A stretch of 64,000 bases of DNA, taken from Kudoa neothunni. Lineage: Eukaryota > Animalia > Cnidaria. Under the pieces are notes generated by a model. The model was not told the DNA's origin. It did not search any database and saw only the letters and a list, made by a program, of their open reading frames with translations. A program made the position numbers and the translations under genes. This document shows positions 51,223 to 63,560 of the stretch, in pieces. The stretch spans positions 10,485,817 to 10,549,816 of the forward strand of contig OZ199838.1 in NCBI GenBank assembly GCA_964304625.1, written 5' to 3'. How positions within the stretch are numbered: position 1 is the stretch's first letter; every line of letters starts with the position of its first letter.

Positions 51223-52290
51223 CTATTGTAGATCTAAGTTTTTGTTGCGATGGCAATCATTTATGTCCATGTGACGAACATAAAAACCATGATTCCTCCT
51301 TAGGATGATGCATCCTGCGAACACAATAATAGTAACTACTACCAAACCCAAAAACACGCAAACCACCAGCACAATTCCCAGCGTATAATATTCTAAATAG
51401 AAGTATTATTATATTTCGTCACTACAGTATATATACTTAGTTTTCTCTTATATGATACATTGATGTAATAATGTGTTCCGTTGTGGAATGTTGAAAATTC
51501 TGTAGTTGTAATTGGAGGAAAAATGAGGGAGCATACACTTATACGCTCGAAGCTATCCTGGAAATTTTCAGGTTCCTCGAAAATCACTCGTTTGCACAAG
51601 AATGTAAGTAAAGGATTCAATTCAACGTTAGTTTTGAACCCCATATGAACTGAAACACATTCTTCGAATACATCACATCCAAGCGTCCTACTCTAAATGA
51701 TTCAATGTTCTCACCAAAACGCACGTGGAGATATAGGTGGGAATACTGTTTGAGTGCAATCCCTTGAACCGAAACCAAATTCACAATCAGCATTTCCTAT
51801 TTTATTTTTATCTTTGCTTGATTCATGCTAAAAGGGGAGACAAAATGAGATCCCAATGATGGATTTTAGTTACATCGATGTCACGTTTCGTAGCAAAGTT
51901 ATCACAAGTATTTTCCGGGATTGATTCAATCAAATATGGATTTTGTTGGCAATCAATAAATCCGCACCTGCTCGCATGTTCGCAGTGAACAGCCGGGCAA
52001 CAGCCAAATTTATTGGGCTTACAACAGGTCTCTTTATCAGATACCAAAATTTTGGAGTTTGGGCGAGGTGAATGATAAATACGAGGAATAGAAATAATAT
52101 TTGAACATGTATTTCCATTTCTTAAGTATATGCGAATAAAAAATAACTTTAAAAAAATATTACCTATCAGATTTGCATCGACAGGCCTCGCAGGCCCAAT
52201 TTCCACTAAAACTACAAGCATCGCTGTTTGCTACCTACACGAACGTAAAAATAAATACAACATAGCTATAATTATTATCAATCCCATCAT
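51223..52290 (-). CDS. Orphan Cys-rich single-pass (type I) membrane protein, about 6 exons
   Basis: Minus-strand pieces joined by short GT-AG introns: hydrophobic start MMGLIIIIA.., DACSFSGNWACEACRCKSD|RNGNTC..CCKPNKFGCCPAVHCEHASRCGFIDC..|..ADCEFGFGSRDC..|..LGCDVFEEC..LCKR..VC..|YYTLGIVLVVCVFLGLVVVTIIVFAGCIIL-RRNHG..LDLQ*. The 5' end and some splice sites are ambiguous. Confidence 0.6.
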
Positions 52291-54140
52291 TCCCAATAAT
52301 ATTCACTTAGAAATATGGAAGTATTTTTTATTTAAATTTGTTTCAATCATAATTATGATATTTTATTTAAATAAATTTTAAAGTTGTCGCCATATTAAGC
52401 TAAAATTAAATTTACCCCTTTATATAAGGCAGAGGCTATTGGCACGGCATGTCCACTTGCGCAATGAGAATTTTTACTCTCAGCAACTCCAACTTACGAG
52501 CTGGTTGTAGACTTAATTATTTCTGGCACTTAAGAGCGGAGCGGTGGGGTCAGAAATAATTAAATCTAGTCAAAACTAGTGTCACCTGAAAATTTACACC
52601 TGAGTAAAATTGGGTATTTTTACATCTCATATTTTTTTGGATCAAACTATTTAGAATATAAAAATAATTATTTTCGTAAAATTTACAAATTTTTTTATCG
52701 ATTAACTTTGAAATTATAGACCAACGTTTCTAGCTAAGCACGAAAAGCGCATGCACATAAAATCAAAATTTATCATCTGGTGTAGAATGTGTATTGCCAA
52801 TACGTTTACAAGATCCTATTTTCTAATTTAGGAAAACTTTTAAGTAGCATTAGAATTATTGTACTAAACATAAGAACAAAAGAATAACATTAATAATAAG
52901 ACAACATTGACACAAAGTTATCGGTTAAAACGATAAACATGAACATGATTGTAATGGAATTTGCAACAAAATAAAACACAAATGTCGCATTTTATTTTGG
53001 TTTTTCTATCATACTTCCAATCGCAAAATCGACATCTCCCATAACTACTTTGTCTAATAATAACGGAGGAGTCTTCACTAGCTGTTATAGTTTGTTTCCA
53101 CCTCAAAAGTAGTCGATGAGTCAATTGAGTTGCCATTATTTTCAAAAATTCCTGAGTAATTTTGAAGAATGGAATAAATTTTTGTATATACAAAACGCAT
53201 TAATCAGACTGATATCAACCATGTTAAAGAAAACAATTAACAGCTAACGACAAGTTATTCGTCTAACAAAGCGTTTCCCTTTTTTCCCCCGCACCCCCAA
53301 ACGATAACAAGTTCACTTTCGAACCCCCATGTTAATATTTATAAAAATATTAATGGTAAATTTGTGTTTCCTTTTTTTTACTTTAAGTTTATATTCCAAA
53401 TAATGCATTTTAATCTTGTAATTTCTAAAGAAATATATTAAAATAATTTTCGTGAGTTTAGTCGATTAATCGCTACTACTTTATGAATAAAATTAAAAAA
53501 AGCATTCCTATGATAATCATACATTTTAAAAAGAAAGCCAAAACTTATAGTATTCTTATTTTATGTAACATTATTAACAAAAAATTTATTTTATAAAACA
53601 ATTAATAAAATATTGCGTGTAGATAGATATCTAGTTATTATATATTAGGTTTTATATCAAATTCAGTCACTTTAATAAGCATATAAGAGACCAAGATTCA
53701 AAAAAATGGTAACACATTTAAAAACTATTGAGTTTAATTTAGATTTATCGGCTTTCCCTCTCTTGGCGTTCTTCCGCTAATAATTCAAATCGCGGTACTA
53801 CATTTGTCAATGCGATGTGTAAATCATTTTCTCGATTCAGTAAATTTCTATATTTATTTTTTAAATACAACAAAGGTGAAAATCCTGACTCGCACAACCA
53901 GGCCGTTGCGAATGGGATAAGAATTTTCAATGCTCTTTTTGCAAGGGACGGGTAACTGCATTGGGCATTGCGCCAAAAGTTCTCAAGTGAATGTTCATTG
54001 TACCTCAACTTCATTGTGTAGTTTTCTTGAAAATCTATTAACTCTTCCGTATCATTATCATCATTATTCATATTATTAACATCAAATGAAAATGGATCAA
54101 CAATCCAAATATCAGAATCATGTAACTGGTCGGGGGAATA

Positions 54141-55480
54141 TAGGGTTTTTCGAGCTTTAACGACACCGTGTCAAGCATTAACGACAATTACCTATTTTTT
54201 AAGTTAATAACTGGGTAAATTTCTGTTTTTTTTTCGAATAGTACAAATAAAAAAAATAAAATCGTAAATTAATGTAATATTTATAGCAATGATTATATGC
54301 TTTCATTATTCTGGAATTACTTCTCTTCTGAGGCATTTCGCAACGTATCTTAGCATTTTCCTGTAGTACCCAAAACAATCATCTGAGGTAATAGTATGGA
54401 AACCGTCATCAACTAATTTCAAAAGATCTGGTTCATTTTTAGCTTCACCCCTGACGACATTATTCTTCCATTTGCTTAATACATTTTCAATAGGGTTGAG
54501 GAATGGGGAGTACGGAGGTAAATACATCAAGGACAATTGTAATGTTTCGATGACTTCCTCAAGTCCTCGATAATGGTGTATCCTCGCATTATCTAGAATA
54601 AAGCAAGGATCTTCTACCCCTTTCGCTTGACATAAACTTGAAAGCTCTATGAGAAAAGCTTTAAAGTCCTCTCCATTGACTGGCCGATGATTGATTTTAT
54701 AAAAAATCATCCTGCCCTTATTCATGGACGCTATTACTGATATATTTCTTGTTCTAACACTGGGAACAGAAATATATGCAGATGTGCCTGCGAGGGAATG
54801 ACCAAACCTTGTCCTACTTGAAACACTGAATCCAACGTCGTCAATAAAGACAAAGTTTTTCTCCCTCAGTCTCAAGTAATTTTGCATTGAACTTTTGGGC
54901 ATAAGAAAGACGTTGGTTCAAGGTGCTATCACAATTTCTCCTTTGCGGAACAACTGTTACAGTTTCTAGCGAGTAATGGAATTCGCCTAAACACCTATTA
55001 ATGGTACTCACGCTAACACTCACGCCGCATTCGTCCATTAATTTTTGGCGCAATGCTTTCAGGGTAATCGTAGCTTCTTCATCTACCCAACTTCTTACCA
55101 TTGACTTTTGATTGTCACTAAGTTTTGAAGAATAATCTCCACCTCGTTTCTTAGATTCAATTTTCCCGTCAATTAAATTTGAGGAAACAATTGTGGCGAC
55201 TGTGGTTCTTTTAAGTCCTACATTCTCAGCGATAAAAGAGTTACTGTATCCTTTTTTGCTTTGTTTAATTATCATTCGCCTTGTCTCGTTTGATATTGTT
55301 TTTCTTTTATTTTTTTGAATAGGAGGTATTACTTGAGGATCGTTTGTGTTATCTTAAAGTTTAGTCAGCTACATATTCTCAAATAATGTTAATTATTTAA
55401 CCATTCATCATGTATTTAGTAACGTCAAGAGCGTCAGGATAATGAGTAACCCACGTGTCGTTAAAGCTCGAAAAACCCTG
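54141..55480 (-). mobile_element. Young Tc1/IS630-like (DD34E) transposon nested in hAT
   Basis: 26-bp TIR (C/T)AGGGTTTTTCGAGCTTTAACGACAC with TA on both sides. Confidence 0.92.
54306..55275 (-). pseudogene. Tc1/IS630 transposase split by a single-base frameshift
   Basis: HTH-containing ORF 54841-55275 and DDE ORF 54306-54902 (FIDDVGF, LDNARIH, LPPYSPFLNPIE; 34 residues between D and E) are joined by removing one A from an A5 run at about 54856-54860. Confidence 0.85.
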
Positions 55481-58400
55481 TAATAACCATCAAAGGATAA
55501 CCCCAATTTATTTATGTGATACATGGTATTATTCATGATATCTTGCCTACAAAGGTAACTCTTGTGAAGCAATACCGAGTATAATCCTCATTCCATTTTC
55601 TAACCTTTTGGGGAGCAACCATGATGATGCGTGGGCGATGTTAATTCGCTCATTAAATATACAGCCATAAGTTAAAATCTGTTAACGTCTTCATACTCCA
55701 AGATACAAGTTTACAGTATTTTATTAATAATTAATAAGTTTTTTGTAAATAAGTAACGATTTTGGAATTATAAATTTATATTATTTTAAAAGATAGAATG
55801 ATTTTAATGGAAAGTGCACTATATAAAATCTGTTATTATTAGATTATTTCATTAACAAAATATCCCACTATATGATATTTAATAAAATACGGTATCTTCA
55901 AACTGAAGTCCTGAACTCAAATTTTTCTTTCATTCATATAGTCAGGCTTATATTCTTAATTCATCATAGGGTGCTCCCGCACCCCCAATAGGGAAACCCT
56001 GGTCTAACATTTATTGTTGCCAGTTATTTGGAAATCGTATCAACTCGGCCTTTTACTGCATTATAATGCATTATAACATCAGGTTTTAATGGCTTTTCTG
56101 TTGATATTTGGGTGTTTGTCGAGGAGGAACAAAGCATATAAGCAGGTTAATTTCTCCGAGGCAGATATGTTAGTATCATTTTTTTGTTATTAAAAACAAA
56201 AAGAGATGAATGAAGAGGAGTCGTTCTATCTGGTCTCAAATATGGCGGTATCTCCATCTTATTTGAAAGCATCATTCCAACAATCGTAAGTTTTTTTTGT
56301 AACAATTCATCAGGTAAATCAATTGACGTGAAAAAATTGTCGCATACCACGTTTCGACCAGGACATTCCAATGATTCCACTAGCTTTAAAACAATATTCC
56401 TCCAAACATTCACAGCCCTTGTGCCATATTGAGATCGTTTCCCCAAATAGACAATCGCATTGCAAACAAAAGTTGATTTTAGGTCAGTGATTAAAAAAAC
56501 TTCAGGCCATATTTTGAAGGCTTTTTTGGCACATATTGTTCGAATTTACAATGATCTCTAAAAGTCACAAGTTGCTCGTCGACACAAAGATCCTCAGAAG
56601 GTCAAAAACTCTGGATAAGGGAGTCAACCAAGATATCCCAGAGTTCACGAATGTGGCAAAATTTATCTAATGTTTTTCTTGTCTCTCGCGTTTCCAAATC
56701 GTCGAAATGAAGAGCTCTCTTGGTTTGTCGGAATCTATTTAACGAGTAGGTCATGATAAATTTGTCTTTCCTCTTCTAACCCAAACAATTCTTTGACTGG
56801 TTGTTGATTATCGTCAAATATTCCCATTAACAAATAAACATCCGATGAATCCATCAAATTCTACAGTAGCTAATTGCTTCCAAGCATCACTAAAAAATTT
56901 GTTGCCATATTGATTGGTATTTTAAAATTAAATCATACATTTCCTGATGAAAAATTTTTTTAAAGGTATCAATAATTGCATTTAAATTTTGTAAAACGAA
57001 AGATGAAACACCAGTACGGCTGGTCAAAATATTTTCGGTTGCAGTCCTAGAAGTCGAGGGTTTTTCAATTGTCAATAAGGTTCTATTCTTATCCATTAAA
57101 GAGTTAGATGGAGCATTGGTTTCAACCTCCGAATTATCTGATGACGTATCACGCATAAAGGAATAATCCATGACTGAAAAATTAGTATCATGACAGCCGT
57201 CGCTATATTCACTCGAGCTCATTCCATCAATGTCCTATTGGCGACCGCTTTGCAATATGTTCAGTCATATTTGTTGATTTAAACAATAATTTTTCGAGGA
57301 AAGTGTATCAAATTTACCAACAAAATATTATTATTTATTCAGAACAATTTAGTCTAAAAAAATGTGGGATGTAAAAATAACCCAATTTTACTCGGAAGGT
57401 ATTTTTACGTTATATTTTATTTTTCGAAACAAAAAAATTTTTATACCAGACATATAAACGTTAGAGGATTAGATGGAATATAAAAAGTTTTACTCTTAGA
57501 TTTGAGGTATAAAATTAAAGATTAAATAGACCTGGGGTATAAAAATACCCCATTTCACTTGAAGGTTAATCATCATTATGCCATCTGTATAGAGTTATTC
57601 ATATCTAATAAAATAACAAAAATAAATCAAATTAAATAAAAACTATTTGTATATAATGAGCCCAATTTTATTTTGTAATCTACATGAAAACATTCGTAAG
57701 ACGGGTGTTCTTCACATAATACAATGGTTTAAACGCGAATTTATCTATTGGCTTATCTAGTATAATTGCATATGGTCAATAATTTATTATAGTTAATGTA
57801 AAAATGTATGCATAATTCTAATACCTCATTACGATAATGATTCATATATTTTAGAATTAGTGCAGTCATTCTTCGGACAATTTTTATCCTCATTAATTGC
57901 TTATTATTACAATTAATTTTCAAATAAATCATAATCAATCTGTAAATATTTGAAGATTACAAATCCTAATCAAATTATAAGTTGATAATAAAATATTTAA
58001 TTGTAATGAGAATAATTTATTATTTTCTTATGAATTTAGGATTTCGACAGAAATATAGCACTCAAAATTGTCTTATTTATCTGGGTTTTTGAATAAGCAT
58101 TAAAAAGTATGTTGGAATGTAAAACACATTTTAAGGATCAACAATTTAACAATAAAGGTAAAAAGAGAATTGGATTATTGGTTTTCCTTAATAGAGGATT
58201 AATTGAAAAATAAAAAATAATGTAGTAGCTAATACAACAAAATCTCTTTCAATTATTGTGGGGTGAATTTTTCTTTACTATTTTTGGCAATTAAATTTGA
58301 AACTTAACTTTCATACTTTAAAATATTCCATAACTTTAATAATTTCCAAGATGTTCTGCGCATTTATCAATATAAAAAGAAATTGAGGTCATTCATATGA

Positions 58401-60506
58401 AAACCTGAGTGAAACAACTAATTAGAAAGGTTCTAGCATTAGGATACAATACATTAATTCAAAACCAAATATGTAATCTTAATTTATCATAAAGTAAAAA
58501 TTTTTATCTACTTAAGAAAAATTGCAGTTTAATTCTAAGACAGGAATTTACAGAATTCCAACATTAAGACCGTCTGTATGATGTAATATATATCGTTATA
58601 GATATTCTTTATTTAATAAATAATAGAGTAATATTAGATTGAAGAACGTTAAATTTATACAATATTTCAGGAATAAAAAGACTAAAACCACTAAAAATTT
58701 GTTTCCAAATGAGTACACTAATAGACAGCAAGGAAGAGATTAATAATAAACTATAAGTCAAGATGGCACTTTTGCTTTCAATCCCCCAATATATGACAAT
58801 CTTTAAATGTTTCAACGTATGCGCCAATTTCTAACTATCAAAATATTAAATTATATGTTACCTATAAAAATTTAGTATGATTTGAAGTTCGATATGTTAT
58901 ACCCGTAAAAATTAAATATTTTCAATAACTGTGCGTAATGCGATGGACTTGAATAACTTATGGGAGGTTCCTATCTAAAAGATAGAGATAAGTTTCAGAA
59001 TTTTATAAAATTATTTATATAAATACAGTCGATTTAAGGTTAAAAGGAGGAAAAATTGATAATGGCTGTTTTTAATTACTTAATTAAAAACATAATGTTA
59101 TATAAGTTAGGTTTTTCCAACTTTTAATTTTTATCCGACATTTAAAATTTACGAATAAAACAAGTATGTATACATACATGGAAGTTGAAATTATAACAAC
59201 CCTTCTTAATTCCTATTTGTTAAATTAAATTAAGCATTTGATTATTTGAAAAAATAAGCAATAAAAGTATTAAATCGAGGTTTACTATTTTTATTACTAG
59301 TAGTTGATTTTTATTCCGGTTAATTCTATCGAGTGAGTCAATCTATAAATAAATATGTTTCTTATATGTAATATCTTACACATAAAATCATACTCAATTT
59401 GATGACAAATATTATTGTTTTGGTTTGATTAATTTGCAGCATATTGATATAAATATATACAGATTGGCAACTATATTATGCGTTCTATGCAATTACGAAT
59501 AAACCATCCTAATAGAAATTTTTATTCTTACTGCATTTCGATCGACATCTGATTGGACATTAAAGCGGAAAGTATATTTAAAAGTAGTTTAAATATATTT
59601 ATTTCTTAATTTGTGCAACATTATTTTTAAATGTGATGGTATGTTTCATCAATTAAAGTACTTTTTCCTAATTTTTCTGGACCCCGGGCCACGATTAGCT
59701 AAACCAATTAAATAAGAACCCCCAGCACATTAACTACACATGTTTATATATATATATATACTAGCGCAAAAGCCCCGTTTCGCGAAGGCTTCCTTGCTCA
59801 GCCAAGTAGGCTAACACCTGGCGTAGACTAAAGCCTTTTTGATTTTTAAATAAATAGCGCTAATTCCCAGTTTTTCCTGGTACAATATGACGGAAAATTT
59901 TAACTTATTATTTTATTTTTGAGTGGGGAAACTTTAGGGAAGAGTTAATCTAATTAGCACGTTAAACACTGTAAACTTCATTTTTCTATTTTAATTTATG
60001 CATTTTAAAGCTTGTCATTATTTTTGCAATGTGATGATTTAGATAAAAAAAATTATGCAAGCATTTCCCATTCAAACACAAATTGAGGTGTTGAGGGAAA
60101 TTAATGAGTAATTTTAAATTTATTTTACAAATTATGACCAAAAATATAATGATCTTAATTTTATGAGCAATGTAACCAATGATTAAAGTGCATTTATTTA
60201 TTAAACAATATCGTCAAATAACTTAAATAGGCCTTTCAGTTTATTCCAAAATCTTACGATGTAAATTAATCCTTCCAGTTATAAAATTTATTATTAATCT
60301 ACAACCGATTAAAAATATAAAATCAACCTAAGATACGGAAAAATACAAATATTAATTGTTACTCCTTTATTTGCAATTTTATAAAGAATGTTAATGAGGT
60401 TTTAATAATATGTGAGTGATAAATTATATATTCATTATTTAATATAATTTTCCGATTTTTAAATAAATCCAACCATACTTTTAATCAAGAATACTTATTG
60501 GATCAA

Positions 60507-60524
60507 ATATATATATATATATAT
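60507..60524. repeat. (TA)n microsatellite
   Basis: About 9 TA units; a similar tract lies at about 59746-59760. Confidence 0.8.
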
Positions 60525-60949
60525 AATTAACAAAATACGATTAAATCTAAAATGTAAAGGTGTTTTCGGTTTGAAAAATTACAGTAATGCTTAAACATCA
60601 ACTGGTTTTCTTGAAGGAATGCACCCTTTTAAAAATTAACGTACTGTTTGATTGCCCTAAAAAATCTCTTCGTATTGAACTTTTCTTAGATTAACGAAAA
60701 CTTTGTGAAAATATCGGTTAGATCGAATAGACCAATAATTTCTTGTTAACTTACATGACATGTATTGAGAAGGGACTGTGTTTTATGCAAAAGTAATCGT
60801 GAATATAAATTCTTAAATTACGTATAGAACGCGGTGTCGCATATATTCATGTAGCTTTTATATCATAATGAATTAATGCGAGCCTAAAGAAAACAGTACA
60901 TTGATTTGAATATTAACCTTAAGCTCTGAGGGTAAGGAATAATTAGGTT

Positions 60950-63560
60950 ACTATGAACTTAAATATTATTTAAAAATCTGTCTCATCAAATGTAGAAACT
61001 TATCGAATTAGTGATGCCGGGGCTATTTTCCAACAAAGTTTAGGAAAACCAAAAAATGAGTACAAACTTATCGAAAAGACGAATATAGTTTCAATCTCAA
61101 TCGATATATTTGATAAAAAGAAATTTTCACATCTCAGGAATTCCATTGGAGCATAATTTTCATTTAAGAAGTTACCACATAAATTTAATTATTTGAAAAC
61201 TCTACACATATCTTACATCGTTTCTAGAATGCGTATAGAGACAAAAATTATTCCAACTTGGCAACAACTTATAATCTCAAAGTATGTGTTTTACTCAAAA
61301 TGTTTGCAATAGCCGTATATGCATGTCGACAATCTGTGCGATGTTGTGTTATAGTGTGTGGGTACGCGAATTATACTTCATAAAGAGCAATACTGGGAAA
61401 TTTTAATACATATAATTATTACGAAACCTTTATCAAATTATTAATAGAAATATTTGCAAATTCAATAATTTTGTGGCATTTCCAGTATTTAAAAATTGTA
61501 AGGGAAGATTAAATTTTACAGCATAGGATATGGTTGTTGACAGTCAACACAATAAAATTATTAAAATGTCAATTTTTTACTTATAAGTTATAACAAAGAA
61601 ATCAACAATAAATGCTATCCGGGATCCCACATGGATCAATGAATAATAATCAAAATACTTCTCAGACGCCGCGAACGATTTTTAATACATAAATAAAATT
61701 CGAATTTAATGAAATTAAATTACGTATGAATTATGAGTAGGATCTTCACATTCACAAGAGCACAAATCTTGAGTGATAGTGAGGTAATATTTTTTGTGTC
61801 CATATATCGAAATTTCGTATCTTGAAAGTATAGAAAAATTTTAAAAAATAGTAAACCTCCTATCTATGGTGTGTGTAAGGGAGCATTTTTTAATTTCTAA
61901 TGGGATCGTAAAAGTATTTTTAGAACTCTGCTCGCATCGATAATATTTATCATGAAGCCTACAAAATTTTCTTCATAAAGCAGCAAAGTCTATGCAGATG
62001 ATACGTGCAAGTAGATATTATATCCGAAAATTCAACAAAATCGTCGGATATTGGAACAGTAACAATATATTTTTTCGTGAATTCCTAAAAAATTAATATT
62101 CAAACTACTTTAAAATAACATACATCTTTTAAATCATTTAATAATCGAGGTAGCAATGTCCCAGTGTTAACATAGCGGTGTGCTGTAGCTGTAATAACAT
62201 GCACGCTCTTCCTGATTATTTTCTAAGGTGTGCATATAATGTGCAACTGAACATCAAAAACGTACGGAATAATATTGATAAATATTGTTTAGTTGAGTTA
62301 CCATGGTAAGGTAAGTCTGATATTTTTCCAAATAATATGCCAGCGTTCGAAGATCTGTATTATACTAACGGAATTGGGATTGTACACATGCACAATAAAA
62401 ATGCAATAATACGGCATTATTATGAATTATTATGTCATTTGAATCGCAGGAAAATTTTTTAGTTTTGGTCAGCACTGACAACTATATTAATCAAAATAGA
62501 TTTTGGAAATGATTTCAAATTAATGTACTGGTTCATTCTCAAAAACTTGAATTGTATTAGTTATAACGACGATGTGTTTACGAATGTGAAATTGGTCACC
62601 TCCAAAATGTTGCTTAAATAATCGTTTAATATTTGCACAAACGCCCATATCGATACTTGATTGCATATCATGGTTGATAATATTGAATCAAATATTTCAC
62701 GAGAATATCCTACATTTTTTTCCATTTTCAGGAACAGATGTCCCTACAATGTTATCACATTGAGTTCACATCAAAACGCAAATACTGCCGTGGTATGAGA
62801 AGCCAAACTTTCAAATGTCCCGACATATTTTTGTCTATAATTGATTAATTTTGAAAGAATGAAATTCAAATCATTTAACTGTGTAGTTCCGTATATTAAA
62901 CCAAGGTTAATACTTGTGAATGCACTTTTGAAACCTGCGCCTTGAACTTTTTATATAAAATAATTATTCATGTAAATAATAACTTGTTTACATTTAATTT
63001 TTAATTGTTCCTCTAAATATATTATGGCTGGGTGTACATAATTTGTAATATCAGCTATGAAAAAAATCTGTGTCTCTTGGTTGTGGCTGTCACTTAGAGG
63101 AATCTCAAGAACAGTATTTATCTCTAATAGCTGCAGAATTATTTTTATTTTTAAAAAGCAATAACACTTGTATTAATATCTGTGTTATGTATTCTTGTGT
63201 CGTCTTCTACAGTCACCCCGGAGGATTTATCTTCCAATAAGTTCTATTTTATGGATAAACACGCTCTAACGACACAATTGATTACATCAGCAGGTGCTTT
63301 GGACATGTAAAGGATCCCACAACTTGTAAAAGTAACTTGCTTAGGAATACATCGATCTACATCTCGGTAACCCTTTAACATTGGTAATCTTAGTAAGTCT
63401 CAAAGCAACTACTGCATCAGAACACCAACGATTATTGTCAGATATGCATCGACGACATTGGTCTTCCAATGTTTGTTGAGTGATACGTGCGACTATAAAT
63501 GTATGAAATTTTTCCGATATACAAACCAACAAATACAATAATTGAGCCCGAATATTACAG
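60950..63560 (-). mobile_element. Very degraded relic of a large-ORF DNA-transposon-like element
   Basis: Ordered minus-strand remnants VFAF*CELNVITL*GH (cf. F.DN.D.N..TLDG), YQP*YAIK (cf. DQPLY), FGGDQFHI (cf. GG.H) and IAPASLI (cf. PAP.SLL) resemble a widespread, poorly classified metazoan repeat ORF. Recognition by memory only. Confidence 0.35.

Larger units (their letters stand above)
53269..56001 (-). mobile_element. Internally deleted hAT (Buster/ZBED5-like) element nested in piggyBac
   Basis: Perfect 8-bp TSD GTCTAACA (53261-53268, 56002-56009); TIR (A/C)AG(C/G)GTTTCCCT; C-terminal transposase remnant FWRNAQCSYPSLAKRALKILIPFATAWLCESGFS..KNKYRN at 53745-54071. Confidence 0.88.
52597..57565 (-). 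mobile_element. piggyBac (PGBD4-like) element, degenerate, host of nested hAT and Tc1
   Basis: Right end GAAGG|TTAA with GGGGTAT..TACCCC repeat; left end degenerate (TTTA|CACCTGAGTAAAATTGGG). Transposase remnants VDEQLVTFR, CDNFFTS, FFNMVDISLINAF and C-terminal Cys-rich domain RCRFC..KTKIKCDICVLFCCKFH. Confidence 0.75.
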
